Below, piece after piece: positions 1 through 14,013 of a DNA stretch of 64,000 nucleotides (within the stretch, counting starts at the first letter, position 1; the number at the start of each line of letters is the position of its first letter). The notes beneath the pieces are model-generated. The model was not told the origin of the DNA and ran no database searches. It was given only the letters and a program-made list of their open reading frames with translations. Source of the DNA: Octopus vulgaris. Taxonomy: Eukaryota. The stretch covers positions 23,622,001 to 23,686,000 of the forward strand of contig OX597831.1 in the NCBI GenBank assembly GCA_951406725.2. Reading direction: 5' to 3'. The translations under genes and the position numbers were made by a program.

Positions 1-215
1 CTTCTGATCAGTGAGTGTATATAAATATATGAGTAATTGGTGTAAATCTAATAAAATTCTATTATTGATGGCATGAAATATGGAAGCAGCCTCATTAATA
101 GTTTCTGTTACAGTTTCAACAAGAAACCTAGCTATCTAATGCACCATTTCCGAATTGATATTGTCTTAAGTTGAACTGCGTTACATGCTACTATTCACTT
201 CTTATTGTATTATAG

Positions 216-346
216 ATACTGGTCAATGTGATGCCCTGTTTGTTGTGAAGCAGATTGATACCATCTCTGTATCTGACTTGTTTAAACACGAATTGCATTG
301 CCCTGTTTTAGAAACCATTCTTTATCTCAGAATTCTGGCAGCTTAA
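216..346 (+). CDS. Candidate terminal coding exon of an unidentified host gene (intron 11-215)
   Basis: Donor GTGAGT at 11-16 and pyrimidine-rich acceptor ttcacttcttattgtattatAG ending at 215. A phase-1 join gives LLIN-TGQCDALFVVKQIDTISVSDLFKHELHCPVLETILYLRILAA* (TAA 344-346). No family recognised. Confidence 0.35.
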
Positions 347-589
347 ACTATGCACGTAAAACTGTATGGCTGCTTGTTCTGAACAGAATACATTGTGTTC
401 GTCATTGTATTCATCATTCATTTAACAGTAGGAATAATAATTACCTTGTCACCTGAGAATGTTACCTGTTGTAGATGAACAAATGAGATACCCTCGATTA
501 GCTAGAAATAGCAAACAACTCTCCTTTAAAATCACACTCTAATATCTTAGAAAAAGAAGAAACATAGTGGATAGAGTGTTTCTAGATGT

Positions 590-755
590 AATGCTGGTGT
601 GTTTACGTCCCCGTGACTTAGTGGTTCGGCAAAAGACACCAATAGAATAAGTACTAGGCTTACAAAGAATAAGTCTCGGGGTCGATTTGCACGACTGAAG
701 GCAGTGCTCCAGCATGGCCACAATCAAATGACTGTAACAAGTGAAAGAGTAAAAG
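590..755 (+). mobile_element. SINE family S1, 3' half
   Basis: Matches the S1 tail gctggtgtgtttacgtcccc...cttacaaagaataagtc...gctccagcatggcc...gactg(a)aacaagt seen in full copies. Confidence 0.85.
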
Positions 756-1031
756 AACTAACAGTAAAATGGAAAATAATGTGTTTTTTTTTTTGTAGAG
801 TTCCACTTTATTTGTATTTGTAAAGTTTGTTCCTACGTTCTTTTTAATAGCAAAGTCTTTGATCAGATCCTCACTACAACACCATGAACACTTTGAAATT
901 ATATTTCTGATCATATAAACCACTTTGAATATTATTTTAGCAAGTTTAAAGTGATTTCTTTTGTGCCATAAACCATTTTCCTTGATACTCTAAGCACAAG
1001 CTTATTTTGTTTAATGGTTAATCCAGCTCTG
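756..1031 (-). mobile_element. hAT-like MITE, partial copy
   Basis: Reverse-complement match to 3804-4223; ends in the TIR ttaatccagctctg. Confidence 0.7.
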
Positions 1032-1054
1032 TTTGCGCTCTGAGTTCATATTTT

Positions 1055-1472
1055 TATTTCTTTTTTTTGCCCACAAGGGGCTAAACATAGAGGGGACAAA
1101 CAAGGACAAACAAAGGGATTAAGTCGATTACATCGACCCCAGTGTGTAACTGGTACTTAATTTATCAACCCCGAAAGGATGAAAGGCAAAGTCGACCTCG
1201 GCGGAATTTGAACTCAGGACGTAGCGGCAGAGGAAATGCCTATTTCTTTACTGCCCACAAGGGGCTAAACATAGAGGGGACAAACAAGGACAGACAAACA
1301 GATTAAGTCGATTACATTGACCCCAGTGTATAAGTGGTACTTAATTTATCGACCCCGAAAGGATGAAAGGCAACGTCAACCTCGGCGGAATTTGAACTCA
1401 GAGCATAACGGCAGACGAAATACTGCTAAATATTTCGCCCAGTGTGCTAACGTTTCTGCCAGCTCGCCACCT
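1055..1472 (-). mobile_element. Tandem dimer of SINE family S2, nested in an older S2-type copy
   Basis: Two consecutive copies of cccacaaggggctaaaca...gtcgattacatcgacccc...ggatgaaaggcaaagtcgacctcggcggaatttgaactcag, flanked by agttcatatt (1043) and agttcgtatt (1474). Confidence 0.85.
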
Positions 1473-2640
1473 TAGTTCGTATTCTTCCAAGGTCAATTTT
1501 ACATTTCATCCTTTCAGACAGGAGGGGCAATCAATAGAATATAATAAATACCAGTTGAGCACTGGGGACCGATGTAATTGACTTACCCACTTCACCCGGA
1601 ATTGTTGACCTCGTGCCAAAATTTGAAATCAATATTTTCCTTTCAAACACTAAAAAAAAATATCTAATTATTAGATAGTAACCACATAAGCTGCTACTAG
1701 TTATAAACACCTAACACTCCTTCCTAGATTCACTATTGCCACTACTGCTACCATAAAAAAAAAACGAAGAAGAACATGTGACAGGATTAATTGAAACCTG
1801 AAGGTACATACTTGAAACAATACTGTATCGATTTAACTCACAATTTTCAATATACAAAATTGTAATATTGCACACTATACGACTTGTTTTAATTATCTTC
1901 TGTCATTTGGTTTTATATCCTGATACAAGCGATATCCTGAAACATGCAATATTTATAATTTTTATTACGTTTTTATGAGAGAGAGAATATCATTTTTTTT
2001 CCCCCTCTGATAATCTTTTTTATTGACAAGATATAAAAAAAAAAAAAAAGAAAAAAGAAATATTTTCAATAAATATTCAAAATTACATTTAGTTCAGTTC
2101 ATCTTTAGTCTTTTAACTTCCTGCATTTGGTGTAAAAATCTTTTATTCATTTATTTCATTCCATAATGAATTCATTCTTGGTGGTGGATGTTTTTTTATT
2201 TACTTCTTTTGGATTAAAAAGCTTTTTTTTTTAAGTCTTATTTTTATAGCAAAGGTATTTCAGAACCGTTTTGTATTCTGAGCTTTGTTTGTCTTTCATT
2301 GTTCCACTGTTTCTTTTTTTCTATTTAATGCCATTGATATTATTTTGTTTTGTCTTTTCTTTAGCAAACTTTCTCTCCTTTTCATAGTTTGCTTGTTGTT
2401 TATTGTCCATTTTAGTTTTGTTTTCTTCGCATTGTTATGAAAAACTATTGTATTTTGAATTTTGCTCTATATTCATTCAATCTTTCATAAAAAAGGTAAT
2501 ATAACGCATAGAATTGCTAACAATATGACAGTGTATTGCAGTACATTGATATGGTATTAAGTGATATCATGTATTGAATTATTTGACTACACCACTAGTT
2601 AGAGATTTTCATGATGGTATACTAAATGAAGGAATATTAT

Positions 2641-2987
2641 ATACTATATCGCCGGCGTTGCTCGGGTTTGTATAACTATAAAGCATTTTTAGAGAGTTAT
2701 AGCCAAAAAATAGAAAAAAATGATGATAAATTTTTTTTTTGAGAGTTAAAACGGTCGAGTTGCGTCCCCTAGACAGTCTGTGGTTTGTGTTTCTGATTCT
2801 CGACCCCATGTCGAATTTATCGAATTTTTTCAGAACTGGGGGAACTTTTCAAAATTTTCGCTGCGTTAGTTTTGAATTACGACATTGGGCTATGTGTGTG
2901 TCAAGTTTCATCAGAATCGGTTGAAAGCCGTGGTCAGGGTGAGGTACAACCTAACAGACACACAGAAACACGCACAGACAAACTGCC

Positions 2988-2990
<3 letters not shown>
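2641..2990 (-). mobile_element. Non-autonomous Helitron-like element
   Basis: On the minus strand it starts next to a (TA)n run, has an acag-type microsatellite near its 5' end, and ends in a GC-rich hairpin acccgagcaacgccggc followed by a CTAG-like atag(t). CpG-rich relative to flanks. Confidence 0.6.
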
Positions 2991-3054
<64 letters not shown>

Positions 3055-3803
3055 ATTATAATTATTATTATAAGCTTTAAATTAATAAACGTTCTCCATG
3101 TATTGGCCATAGAAAGTAGTTTAATATTGGGCGTATAGACTATTTTCTATAGTCAATACATGGTGCATACATAGAAGCTTAAAGTTTATAATTATTATTT
3201 ACAGAATTTTCCCTCATCATCGTTTCCTCATTTTATGCATATATATATATATATATATATATTAATTTTTGAGATTGTTAATCCTTTTAACCCCCACATG
3301 TGTGAGACCGCCCATACTAAAATGGTCAAATTCAAAGTTGAATCTCTATTAAGATGTCATTATAACATGAATATCATGAGTCTTCAGGTAATTAGTTATG
3401 CATTACGTCATACAGTATATGACATAAGTGTAAAAGATTTAAGAAATAGCAACTGGAGCAATGCCATAGATATATTTATGTATCATTAACAGAATTTTGA
3501 ACGATATATTATGATCAATATATTATGTGCCAGAGAAGTTTTTGCACAGCATCTGTTGATATTCCCACAGTGGGAAAATACTGAATGTAAAATGAAAAGT
3601 TATATTTCTGAAAAGATTTTGGTTTATCACATTTGATGTTATTTCTCTCCTCTACACAGCTCAGCTGAAACTTTCAGCAGAGCGCTGCTGTCATATCAAG
3701 GGCTGTGCTTTTACTACACACACAAGCAGCCAAGGATGCTTCCATAGAAATGCCACTTGGCTGTTTAGCAGAAAGTCACTTACAGGCATTCCTCCTCTGG
3801 CAT

Positions 3804-4223
3804 CAGCGCTGGATTAACCATTAAGCAAAATAAGCATGTGCTTAGTGTATCAAGGGAAGCAGGGCGCCACAGAAATGGTAAATGGTTTAAGGCACAAAAG
3901 AAATCACTTTAAAATTTTCTAAAATAATATTCACGATGGTTTATATGATCAGAAATATAATTTCAAAGTGTTCTTAGTGTCATAATGAGGATCTGGAAAA
4001 AACTTTGCAATTAAAAACAGCAGGGAAAAACTTTACAAATATAAAGAAAGTGGATGTATACAAAAATAAACATTATTTTCCATCTTACTGTTAGTTTTGT
4101 TCCATTTTGATAAATAAAGATTTATCTTACGGTTTATTAAAGCTTATATTTTGAATTACATACATGTGGGGCACCAAAATCTTGTAAGTACTAAGATCCT
4201 CTGTGGGTCTTAATCCAGTCTTG
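3804..4223 (+). mobile_element. hAT-like MITE, full length
   Basis: TIRs cagcgctggattaa / ttaatccagtcttg and an 8-bp TSD tctggcat (3796-3803) / tttggcat (4224-4231). Two other copies in the window. Confidence 0.8.
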
Positions 4224-4249
4224 TTTGGCATATATATGTACTGTCAACT

Positions 4250-4500
4250 TTCTTAGCCATTCTTCTTTCAACTACAATGTGTTCTGCTCCTTGGAGCTTG
4301 CTGGCCTTGTGCCATTTAGGCACTCTTGACTTACCCATCTCATTCCTACCCTAAAGACTCCACATGAACCACAATTCCAAGTCCTTCTTCTTCTGAATAT
4401 TAACTCTCTGGATTTTCCTCCTGTTATTGTCAATTTTGAACAGCTTAAACAAAGTATAAACAGCATCGGTCTTACTCATCTTGGAAGGCCTGCAAAGTCC
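4250..4500 (+). mobile_element. Possible highly decayed LINE 3' end
   Basis: One frame reads SLELAGLVPFRHS*LTHLI, resembling the C-terminal segment of L2/CR1-group ORF2. Confidence 0.3.
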
Positions 4501-6193
4501 AAGGACATTGCTCCTTCCTCCAGACCTATCTTATAAAAATTAAGACCAGTCTTGACCTAGCAGAAATATCATCATGGCATTATAGTCACAACCACTCCAT
4601 CGTTTTTTATATCAATGTAAACTTTAGCCAATGTATGCTTCTCTATTTAGTATGAGATTTGAAGGAAATTTTGCTGCTATTTCTAGAAGAATGAATGATT
4701 CCTTAGAGGCTCTCTTTGCTTGGATTCATTAATGCTTTTAATTTGTTGATGTTGTTGTCTTCTTTGGTTATATATCTCTGTGAATTGTCTTGCATTACAT
4801 TGTCTTTGAGCAAACAGTGTAAAAATAGTGTTATGCGAGGTGTTAAAGAGTGATAAACTTCAAGTAAGATGTGACTGCACTACAAATTTTATTCCTGGTT
4901 TAGCTATTTTCTTTTCCCTTCTCTTACTCCTCATCCTTGTGATTTACTAAATCTGAAAAGAAATGAGTTCTGCCAAATTGAACCGCTCATCATGATATAT
5001 TACAAAGTACAGAGAAACAAGGATCTGACATTTTCGGAAATTGTTGCTGTTTGGTTCAAGGTCAGCCCTCATTTTGAACAAACCTGGAAAGGTGTTAGTC
5101 AATAACCTTCAACCCCCAGTAATTGACAGGTATTTTATTATATTCACCCCTATCTAAGGGATGAAAAGCAAAGTTGACCTCAGCAGGATTTGAACTTTGA
5201 ATGTAAGGAGCTGGAAGAATTACTGCAAGGCATTTTTTTACCGATACTCTTACCACTACTACTACTACAATTATTTTTTCTCTTGTTTCTACATTTTTCT
5301 CATCCTCCATAATCTTGATTTTTTTTTTTTCCATCTTTTTCCATGAGCTAGTTTTGTTACCTTTTCCATATTCTTTTACTTTCACTTTCACTTTCATTTC
5401 TTAAGCTTCTTCTTACGTTTTTTTTTCTACAATTTTCTTCAAATTCTGTCTTTTCCTTCTTCCAATTTTTCCGTTTCATTTTCCGTTTTTTCCTATATTT
5501 TTCATCATTTTTTTCGTCCTTTTCAAAATAATCTTTTCATTTGCCTTCTGTCTCTTCTCCCGCTTTCTTTTCATTTCTTCCTCTTTTTTTCTCTTATTAT
5601 TTCATCTATCTTCTTTCTTCTTGTTTTGTTCGTCTATCTACATAAAGACACTTCATCATGTGTAATTGAAAGGATAGTTTAAATGGCTTGAGAGTCTTTA
5701 TTACACAAAGAACATGAATCAGTGAGGATAGGCTTTACCTAAGGTTCAACAATTGTTAAAGTCACAACATATAAAGAATAAATGACAATATTTTGATACA
5801 TAAATAAAGAAGGAAAACAAGGTCAAACAGTTTCCTTTGAGATAGCATGTGTCATTACTTTCAAGATGTTGTATGTTCGTAGCTGAAAAGACGCTGATTG
5901 GATTTGTTCAGTTAAGAAAACTTCCAATGAAGAAGGCCAAGAGGACAGAGGTTTTTAGAAAAAGAAATGTTGCTGTTTAAGGAAGTATGGGTGAAATGGC
6001 AGTGAGATTCCAGGTTTTAGAAAGTTTAAGGAGAATATCATCTGATACCTTCATTTTATGCTATTCTTCTTAATCTTTCGCTGTTATCAGTCATAATAAT
6101 TGTCATTATCATCAACATTGCCACCTTTATCATTATTCTCATTATATAAGCAGACACATACGCTAACACACGTACACACACATACACATGCAG

Positions 6194-6247
<54 letters not shown>

Positions 6248-6492
6248 GCACACAAGGCACATTTGCAAACATGACTGTGTTGCAGTCAGAAATTTTATTG
6301 GGATTATCTCATATTTTCGTTTGAGTGCATTGCTGTTCATTTGGAACAAAAAAAGTTCCTAAACCAACCATCATTTTTAGACTTTGTTTCAACTAGTGTG
6401 TGCTGTTGCAGTTTCTCATGTAGGTAAATGTATACATAGGTAGATATTTATGTATATGTTTATGTCTCTCTCTCTCTCTCTCTCTCTCTATC

Positions 6493-6529
<37 letters not shown>

Positions 6530-6832
6530 TTCTTTTTTAGCAACACAGGGCTGCACACAGATGGGAAAGATTACAAAGTAGAGCTTTTCTTTTTTGGGGA
6601 AAAAAAGTGGGGTAGGTTTTCGATCAAAAGGGATCGTAAAAGGGAAAGAAGTAAAAAAGAAGAATAGATAGCTAGATAGATAAACTTACTTGGAAATGGT
6701 GCTTCAGTATGGCCACAGTCAAATAACTGAAACAATTAAAAGAATAAAAGAAAAGAATATCTATTAAAATGAGACATCAGTGTTATTTTCATTTTTGTGT
6801 AATTTAGATGTGAATATATTCACCACACTCTG

Positions 6833-6873
<41 letters not shown>

Positions 6874-7439
6874 GGCAACATGAACAATACAGAAAAGCAT
6901 TTAAATATTGCAATAGTAAAGAATGCCTTAATTCTAAGTGCTTTTCCTATAATCTAATATGCATAATTTTCCTAAGCATTTTTTTTTTTTTCAAGTATAT
7001 AAATAGTTAAATAGCTAAATGTCATGACAGAATTTCTAAGCTTTTATTCTTTCAGTATCTACTGATATCATCAAAAGTTTAAAAACTAAACTGGCTTTTC
7101 TTAGAATATAACATTTCTTAATAATGTTCTTTTTGTATGCGTTCATGTATCAAATATAATATCTCAGTCCACTTTGGATTTAACCTGTTTGGCTTACCTT
7201 GATAACATTGTGTTAGCCTAAATTCTCGGATATATTGATTCAACTTGTGTACCATTTTTCCATATCTAAATATGATAACACAATAGAAATGATCTTTGAT
7301 AATGCATAGTGTAATTATCAATCAAAAATGTGATTTTCTCCATTCTTGTTGTCATACACTCTGATTTCTTGAAATTCTTCTAAACAATATTTGGATTTAT
7401 CAAACATGAGGAATTACCTCAGATGTTAATTTTATTTGA

Positions 7440-7926
7440 ATCTATATGTATATGTGTATGTGTGTGTGTGTGTCTGTGTGTATGTGTGTGTGTATGTGTG
7501 TGTGTGTGTGTGTGAGTGTGTGTGTATATATGTTTGTGTGACTGTGTTTGTCTCCCAACATCACTTGACAATCAATGCTGGTGTGTTTACATCTCCGTAA
7601 CTTAGCAGTTCGGCAAAACAGACTGATAGAATAAGTACTAGACTTACAAAGAATAAGTCCTGGGGTCGATTTTTTCGACTAAAGGCGGTGCTCCAGCATG
7701 GCCACAGTCAAATGACTGAAACAAGTAAAAGTACAAAAGAGATTTATAGGCTTTTATGCAAATTTATTGTTGCATGGTTCAATGCATCTGTGATTACAAG
7801 TTCAAATTTAAATCTATAGCCTGGCTATAACAACTGTAAATTTCTTAATCTTTGCTTGACTAAAATGCGGTGCTCCAGCATGGCTACAGTCAAATGACTG
7901 AAACAAGTAAAAGAGAGTAAAAGAGT
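7440..7926 (+). mobile_element. SINE S1 3' half plus a second S1 tail fragment (7853-7926)
   Basis: S1 tail sequence preceded by (TG)n. Confidence 0.8.
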
Positions 7927-8704
7927 AATACATGAATGCATACGGAGAGTATTCCCGTTTGCCTCATGAACTCTTGTTTCTGTGAAACGGGACTGACTTA
8001 CCTTGATATGAGTATGCATCACAACGATGGCTATCATGTCACCACTTTCGCTATCAGCATACCCAAAACCACCACCACCACCACCACCACCAATACCACT
8101 ACCATCATCACCACCAATACCGCCACCATCATCCCTTATGACCACTGCTACCACAACCACCATTATTGTATTCATTCTTAATTTGAGATTTTTAAGGAAT
8201 TTAAGAATCTTTCTGTGAATGCAGTGAAACTGTCATCCTAATTGTTTGTTAGTGGAATGGGTAAATATTGTAGGTAGAGGTGGTGGCAAGTAATGGTGGG
8301 AGGTGATAGAATCGGAGCAATTTCTAAAATTCAATTCATACGCTACACAATTAGCTATGAGATGCTTCGATGGAAATGCATTCTATAAAATACAAAAATC
8401 AATTGAAAACTGCATTATAATCAAATTATAGGCTTCAGTATTTGTTAATTACTATCCAAGGATAAGACATAAATAATTGGTCATTAATTCACTCAATTCA
8501 AATTAATATTTCATTTCAAAAGAAAAGAATTTCAGTCAAACAGTTATGTTTAGAATTTGCCTATCAGGTTATTTTGCAATAATTGGTAGACCCAAGGAAG
8601 CAAGCTGGCAGGATTGTAAGATAGCCGGGTAAAATGCTGAGTAGCATTACATCTGTTTTTACAATCTGAGTTCAAATTCCACCATTTTTTTCTTTTTTCT
8701 TTTA

Positions 8705-8882
8705 TTTCTTTCAGCCATTTGACTCCAGCCATGCTGGAGTACTACCTTTTAGTTGAAGAAATATCAACACCAGGACGTATTTTTTGTAAGCCTAGTACTT
8801 ATTCTACTGGTCTCTTTTGCTGAACTGCTAAGTTACAGGGACTTAAACACACCAACATGGGTTGTCAAGCGATGGTGGGGGA
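8705..8882 (-). mobile_element. SINE S1 3' half
   Basis: Reverse complement of the S1 tail. Confidence 0.75.
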
Positions 8883-8889
8883 AGAAAAA

Positions 8890-9206
8890 TCATGGTAAAA
8901 GCCTTGATCTCAGGACCACTTGTGTCTAGAAACTGTGGTTGGGAGTAAGGAAGGGCATGCTTCCCATAGAAAATCCAGCTCTGAGAAAGCCTGATGATAG
9001 CAAAGGAGAATGGGCATCAGCCAGCCCAAAGGTTGGGGTGGGCTGCACCTGCCTACCTCAAAAGGGAAGGTGCAAACAGGATACCCAAAAGTGGGCAAGA
9101 TGGTGAGATGGTGTGAGGGTGGTTGTTATGGCACTGAGGCAGATCCAGCCATCCCTGTTAATGGGGACAAAACCCAGATTTAAAACACTGGATGATGATG
9201 ATGATA
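8890..9206 (+). mobile_element. RTE-related retroposon remnant with (GAT)n tail
   Basis: Ends ...gatccagccatccctgttaatggggacaaaacccagatttaaaacactg(gat)n, resembling RTE-clade 3' ends. Confidence 0.45.
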
Positions 9207-9858
9207 AGGGTGAAGAGTAAATCTGACTTTAGTAAGAACTGAGTTTAGAGTTTAAAGAGGAGATAGGTGAGAATTTATAGAACAGTTTGGAGAGTGTGAT
9301 TTTATTTTTCTAAGAGGAATGGAAAAACAACTAACATTTTACAAACTGATCCTTCCTTCTAATCTGGAAATAAAAATAGGGAAAAAGAGGTAATATAGAC
9401 ACAGAAAAATAAAATGCCAATGAGAGGTTATGAGTACTGTGCAAGGTGACTGGGCCAGTACTAAATAGTACAACTCTGTTTCTCTTTGCTGCTTCATTGG
9501 TTCTACTAATAATAGTTTCAAATTTTGGCACAAGGCCAGCAATTTTAGAGAGAAGATTTAGATGATTTCATAGACCCCCAACATTCAGTGCATGACTGTA
9601 GTATCAAGCCTGAAAGACTGAAAGGCAAAATTGAGCTCAGTGGGATTTGAACTCAGAACATAAAGGGACAGAAGAAATGCAATTCCACATTTCGTCCTAC
9701 GTGCTAATTAATGATTCTGCCAGTTCATCAGATAGGGGTCAAATTAACCAATTCCAAAAATTTCAAGAAATGGCTGGCACAATCAACTCTGGTGGAAATA
9801 AATACTGGATTCAAATTTTGGCACAAGGCCAGTAAGTTCGGGGCTGGAGTAAGTCAAT

Positions 9859-10267
9859 TTGTCCTACGAAGAAAGGCTGAGGACGCTCGACCTTTATTCT
9901 CTTGAAAAACGCCGCCGCCGTGGTGATCTCATTCTCGCCCACAACATCATAAGCAGAAAGTGTAACCTCTCGAAAGAGCTGTTCTTCTCTCCTGCTCCAG
10001 AGCGTCGGCTGCGGGGTCATTCCGAAAAGCTCTACCTGCGACGATTTCATCTCAATCGAAGGAGAGGAGCTTTCTCCGTCCGGGTTGTGGATCCGTGGAA
10101 CAAGCTGCCAGATGAGATGGTAAAGATGCCGATGACCACTTTGTTCAAAGCCTCCCTGGACCTCAAGTGGCCTGAACTCTTTACATGAACACCACCCTGT
10201 ACTTAACTCCATGTCCCCCTACATGGCCTTGCTATTTGCTTTTGAGCCAAATTAACTAACTAACTAA
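9859..10267 (+). mobile_element. 5'-truncated CR1/L2-group LINE (ORF2 C-terminus, 3' UTR, (CTAA)n tail)
   Basis: ORF SYEERLRTLDLYSLEKRRRRGDLI...RGHSEKL...FSVRVVDPWNKLP is the typical CR1-type ORF2 end. Short tandem tail. Inserted into a minus-strand S2 SINE. Confidence 0.92.
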
Positions 10268-10414
10268 TTACATCGACCCTAGTGTTTGTCAGGTATTTAT
10301 TTTATCGATACCAAGAGGTTGACCGGCAAAATTAGCCCCATCAAAATTTGAACATAGAATGTAAAGACAGCTGAAGTGGCACAAACATATTTAGCCCAGC
10401 ATGCTAACGATTCT

Positions 10415-10642
10415 TCTTTCTTTATTGCCCACAAGGGGCTAAACACAGAGGGGACAAACAAGGACAGACAAAGGGATTAAGTCGATTACATCGACCCCAG
10501 TGCATAACTGGTACATAATTTATTGACCCTGAAAGGATGAAAAGCAAAGTCGACCTCAGCGGAATTTGAACTCAGAACGTAACGGCAGACGAAATACTAC
10601 TAAGCATTTCGCCCGGTGTGCTAATGATTCTGCCAGCTCACT
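10415..10642 (-). mobile_element. SINE S2, near full length
   Basis: Reverse complement of 61713-61946. Confidence 0.88.
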
Positions 10643-11039
10643 CCTGGCAGAAATAAATATGGTAACTTGACACTTCTTGGACTGCTTTCTTCTGAGGATA
10701 GGCCTTTGTGCCTGAAATATAACAGTTTTGTCAAACTTTCTGCGTTGTTACAAGCTTACATATTTTTCTTTTCTTTTTCTATATTATAAAGCATTTGTCT
10801 GTTACTCCACCGATTCTGTTAAACAATGAATGTGGAGCATATTTAACTAGTATTAATTTTATAATGTGCCAGAATTTATGAAATGTGATGCCAGTCTTAC
10901 ATGGCAGGATTTGAACTCTGGATGTAAAATGATTAACTAAATATGCACAAAGCATTAAGTCTGGCATCTCCATGTTTGGTTATTTGAATTGAATTGTAAT
11001 AAAAAGGAAAATTTTGAGGAACGGAATTACATTTGAAAG

Positions 11040-11272
<233 letters not shown>

Positions 11273-11785
11273 TCTGCAGGTGTTATGTATGAAAATGGTG
11301 TGTGAAGCACTCAGTATCCTATTTATTGGTTCTGGTTTTCTCTAAACAGCAGAGAAAAGACTTTTAATGAGTTGAATTCTTTAAAGAAGCATATTCTGAA
11401 GAACTTCAGTGTTACAGCACTACTAAACTCCATCATAGTGTTGTTGACTACAAAAAATGATTTTTTAAAAAGTCTGTGGACAGTAAATAGGACAAATGCA
11501 GAAGTAATTTGAAAACAAAATTTAACGATATTGATTGAGGTGTTTGCAAACATTGTGCATCATCATGTGAGTTCCATGTTTATACACATGAAACTGTCCT
11601 TTATATGCACAGTTAGAAACACTGGTGCGTAAACATCCACTTGTAACACTCACATTTATGAACACGCAAATGCATGTATATAAACACAAGCAATATTTTT
11701 AGTATGAATATTGGAGAAAGTAACACTTTTTATTTTTTGAATGGCAAAACAAGAAACACCTTAAAACAAAACAAAAAATAAACAG

Positions 11786-11850
11786 AGATGTACTTGCATA
11801 GCAAGTGACTTGATCTGAGATTGTGTGCTTGAACGAAAACAATTGCAGCA
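11786..11850 (-). mobile_element. 3' fragment of the Penelope-like family seen at 41492-41798
   Basis: gatgtacttgcatagcaagtgac...gatctgagat.gtgtgcttgaacgaaaacaattgcagc is the reverse complement of about 41729-41792. Confidence 0.75.
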
Positions 11851-11876
11851 TGTTGATTTGATGCAAATGTTGATTT

Positions 11877-11941
<65 letters not shown>

Positions 11942-12415
11942 TGCTCAGTACAAACATTTGATGACTATAAACAAATTCCTGGATATATGAATATGTCTGG
12001 AATTAGTCTTGGACTAAAAAATCTTTAATTCTAAACTAATTGTAGTGATGGGAATGTCCTTTCCTATTAAAACCATTGATGAAAGTTTTAATTTCTTTGG
12101 TATGTTATTATCCCACATACATATTCATACCAGTCTCAATCATATCAACATAGACATTAGTTATACCTATACAAAAACATTCGTTCACATATATAACTGC
12201 TTACATTTCAATGAATTTAGAGCAAATGAACACAATCCATTTAGTTATATATATATATATATATATAATTACATATATATATATGATTACATATATATGA
12301 TTATATATATATAGTATATATATATATACATGTGTGTCTGTGTGTTTATAAAGAAATATATATATATATAAATATATGTGCAACTGTATGTACATGTGTG
12401 TGTATATATATACAT

Positions 12416-12448
<33 letters not shown>

Positions 12449-12577
12449 TATACACACACACATATACATGTATACATGCATACATAATAAAAGAGAGAAA
12501 AGAGGGAGAAAATCACTGTCTACACCCACACAAGATTCTGTGTACACACCATACTTCCCAATATACATTATATTTAC

Positions 12578-12608
<31 letters not shown>

Positions 12609-13280
12609 TCCCGTCACAGTACAATAACAAACAGAAATGTAGTTAATTGGTTTCTGTCTATTCTTGAGTAGCCAGTTATCAATCTAATTAAACATTAAAT
12701 AACTTTTCCAGTAATAGGTTTTCCTAGGTTTTTTTTCTCTGTTCATTTTACCCCGTTATTCCATAACTTTGAATTAACTGGCAAAAGATTAACCATTTAT
12801 AAAACGTAGTTGAGATTTGTTCACTCTAGAGTTTAGCTCCACTTCAGATAGAGCATCTGATGGAACACATCTTACACACACACACACACACACATATATA
12901 CACATAAACACATACATTCTCTCTCTTCCTCACACACACAAACATATATATATACTGCTCTGTGCAAATATGGTTGTGTGGTTAAAAAGTTTACTTTACA
13001 GCTATGTAGCTTCAGGGTGTTGGAACTGCATTGCACCCACCTTGGGCAAGTATTTTTTCTTCTTTATCCTTAGGTTAACCAATGCTCTGAATAAAACAGT
13101 AAAACTCAACGTTGCAATATACGTGCAGGCATCACTAAGTTTTAAAAGTTTGTTTTGCAACCTCGAGGTTGTGTGTTTAATTTCGCTCTTTCAAACTTAA
13201 GGCAAATGTCTTCTGCCACAGACTTGATTCACCGAAATCGTAATAAGTAGATAGTGACTTTGATTTAAACTATTAGATGA

Positions 13281-13533
13281 ATTATTTACATTATTTACAT
13301 TTGACGGATATTTGTCCTCATCTTGTTTGTTGTTAACAACATTTCAGCTGATATACCCTCCAGCCTTCGTCAGGTGTCTTAGGGAATATTCGAACCTGGG
13401 TTCTCATTCCTAAGGTATTTTTCAATGTTATAGTCATAATAATGATAATTATCATTATTTAAGTCACTGCCTGGAATCGAACTCAGAATCTTGGGGTTAG
13501 TAGCCTGTGCTCTTAACCACTATGCCATATGCC
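13281..13533 (-). mobile_element. tRNA-headed, hammerhead-tailed SINE-like element (family H), full copy
   Basis: Minus strand: ggcatatggcatagtggttaagagcacaggctactaacccc...gagttcgattcc head, (AAT)n linker, then gacac-CTGACGA-a-ggctg..cagct-GAAA-tgtt and an aatgtaaat tail. Confidence 0.85.
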
Positions 13534-14013
13534 TGTAGGCATATGTCAGATAAATTATACGTATTATCGGTTTCTAATTTTGGCAATGTCAGTGGGTGGG
13601 GTAAGTCAGTTACATCAACAATCGACCCCAAAAGGATAAAAGGCAAAGTCGACTCAGCAGAATTTGAACTCATGTCATTGAGCATTTTTCCCAGCCTGCT
13701 ATCACCTCTGCCAGCTGGCTGCCTTAATTATAGATATATGGTAAGCTTCATCTGTTTCCATTTTTTTACAGTACCTCTTGGTCTTTGGGTGTCTTTAGCA
13801 GAGGATACTCTGTTGGAAGCGTTCAGACCAAGTAGCTCTCTCTAATCTGTGTGGACAGTTCAGTATCTTGATGCAGTGATTCTTATTCCTGTTAAATCTT
13901 TAAGCTTCAATCTTCTTTTTGATCCGTCAATCTTACTCTTCAAAAAGTTTGTGGTTACTGCCATTCTCCTTTTGACTAGGCTCTGAAAAAATTTTATAAT
14001 TATTGTGCATATA

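Noticed and set aside
7825-8218. Poly-Pro, poly-Gly and poly-Thr ORFs
   Set aside because: They derive from an (ACC)n microsatellite and have no splice or domain support.
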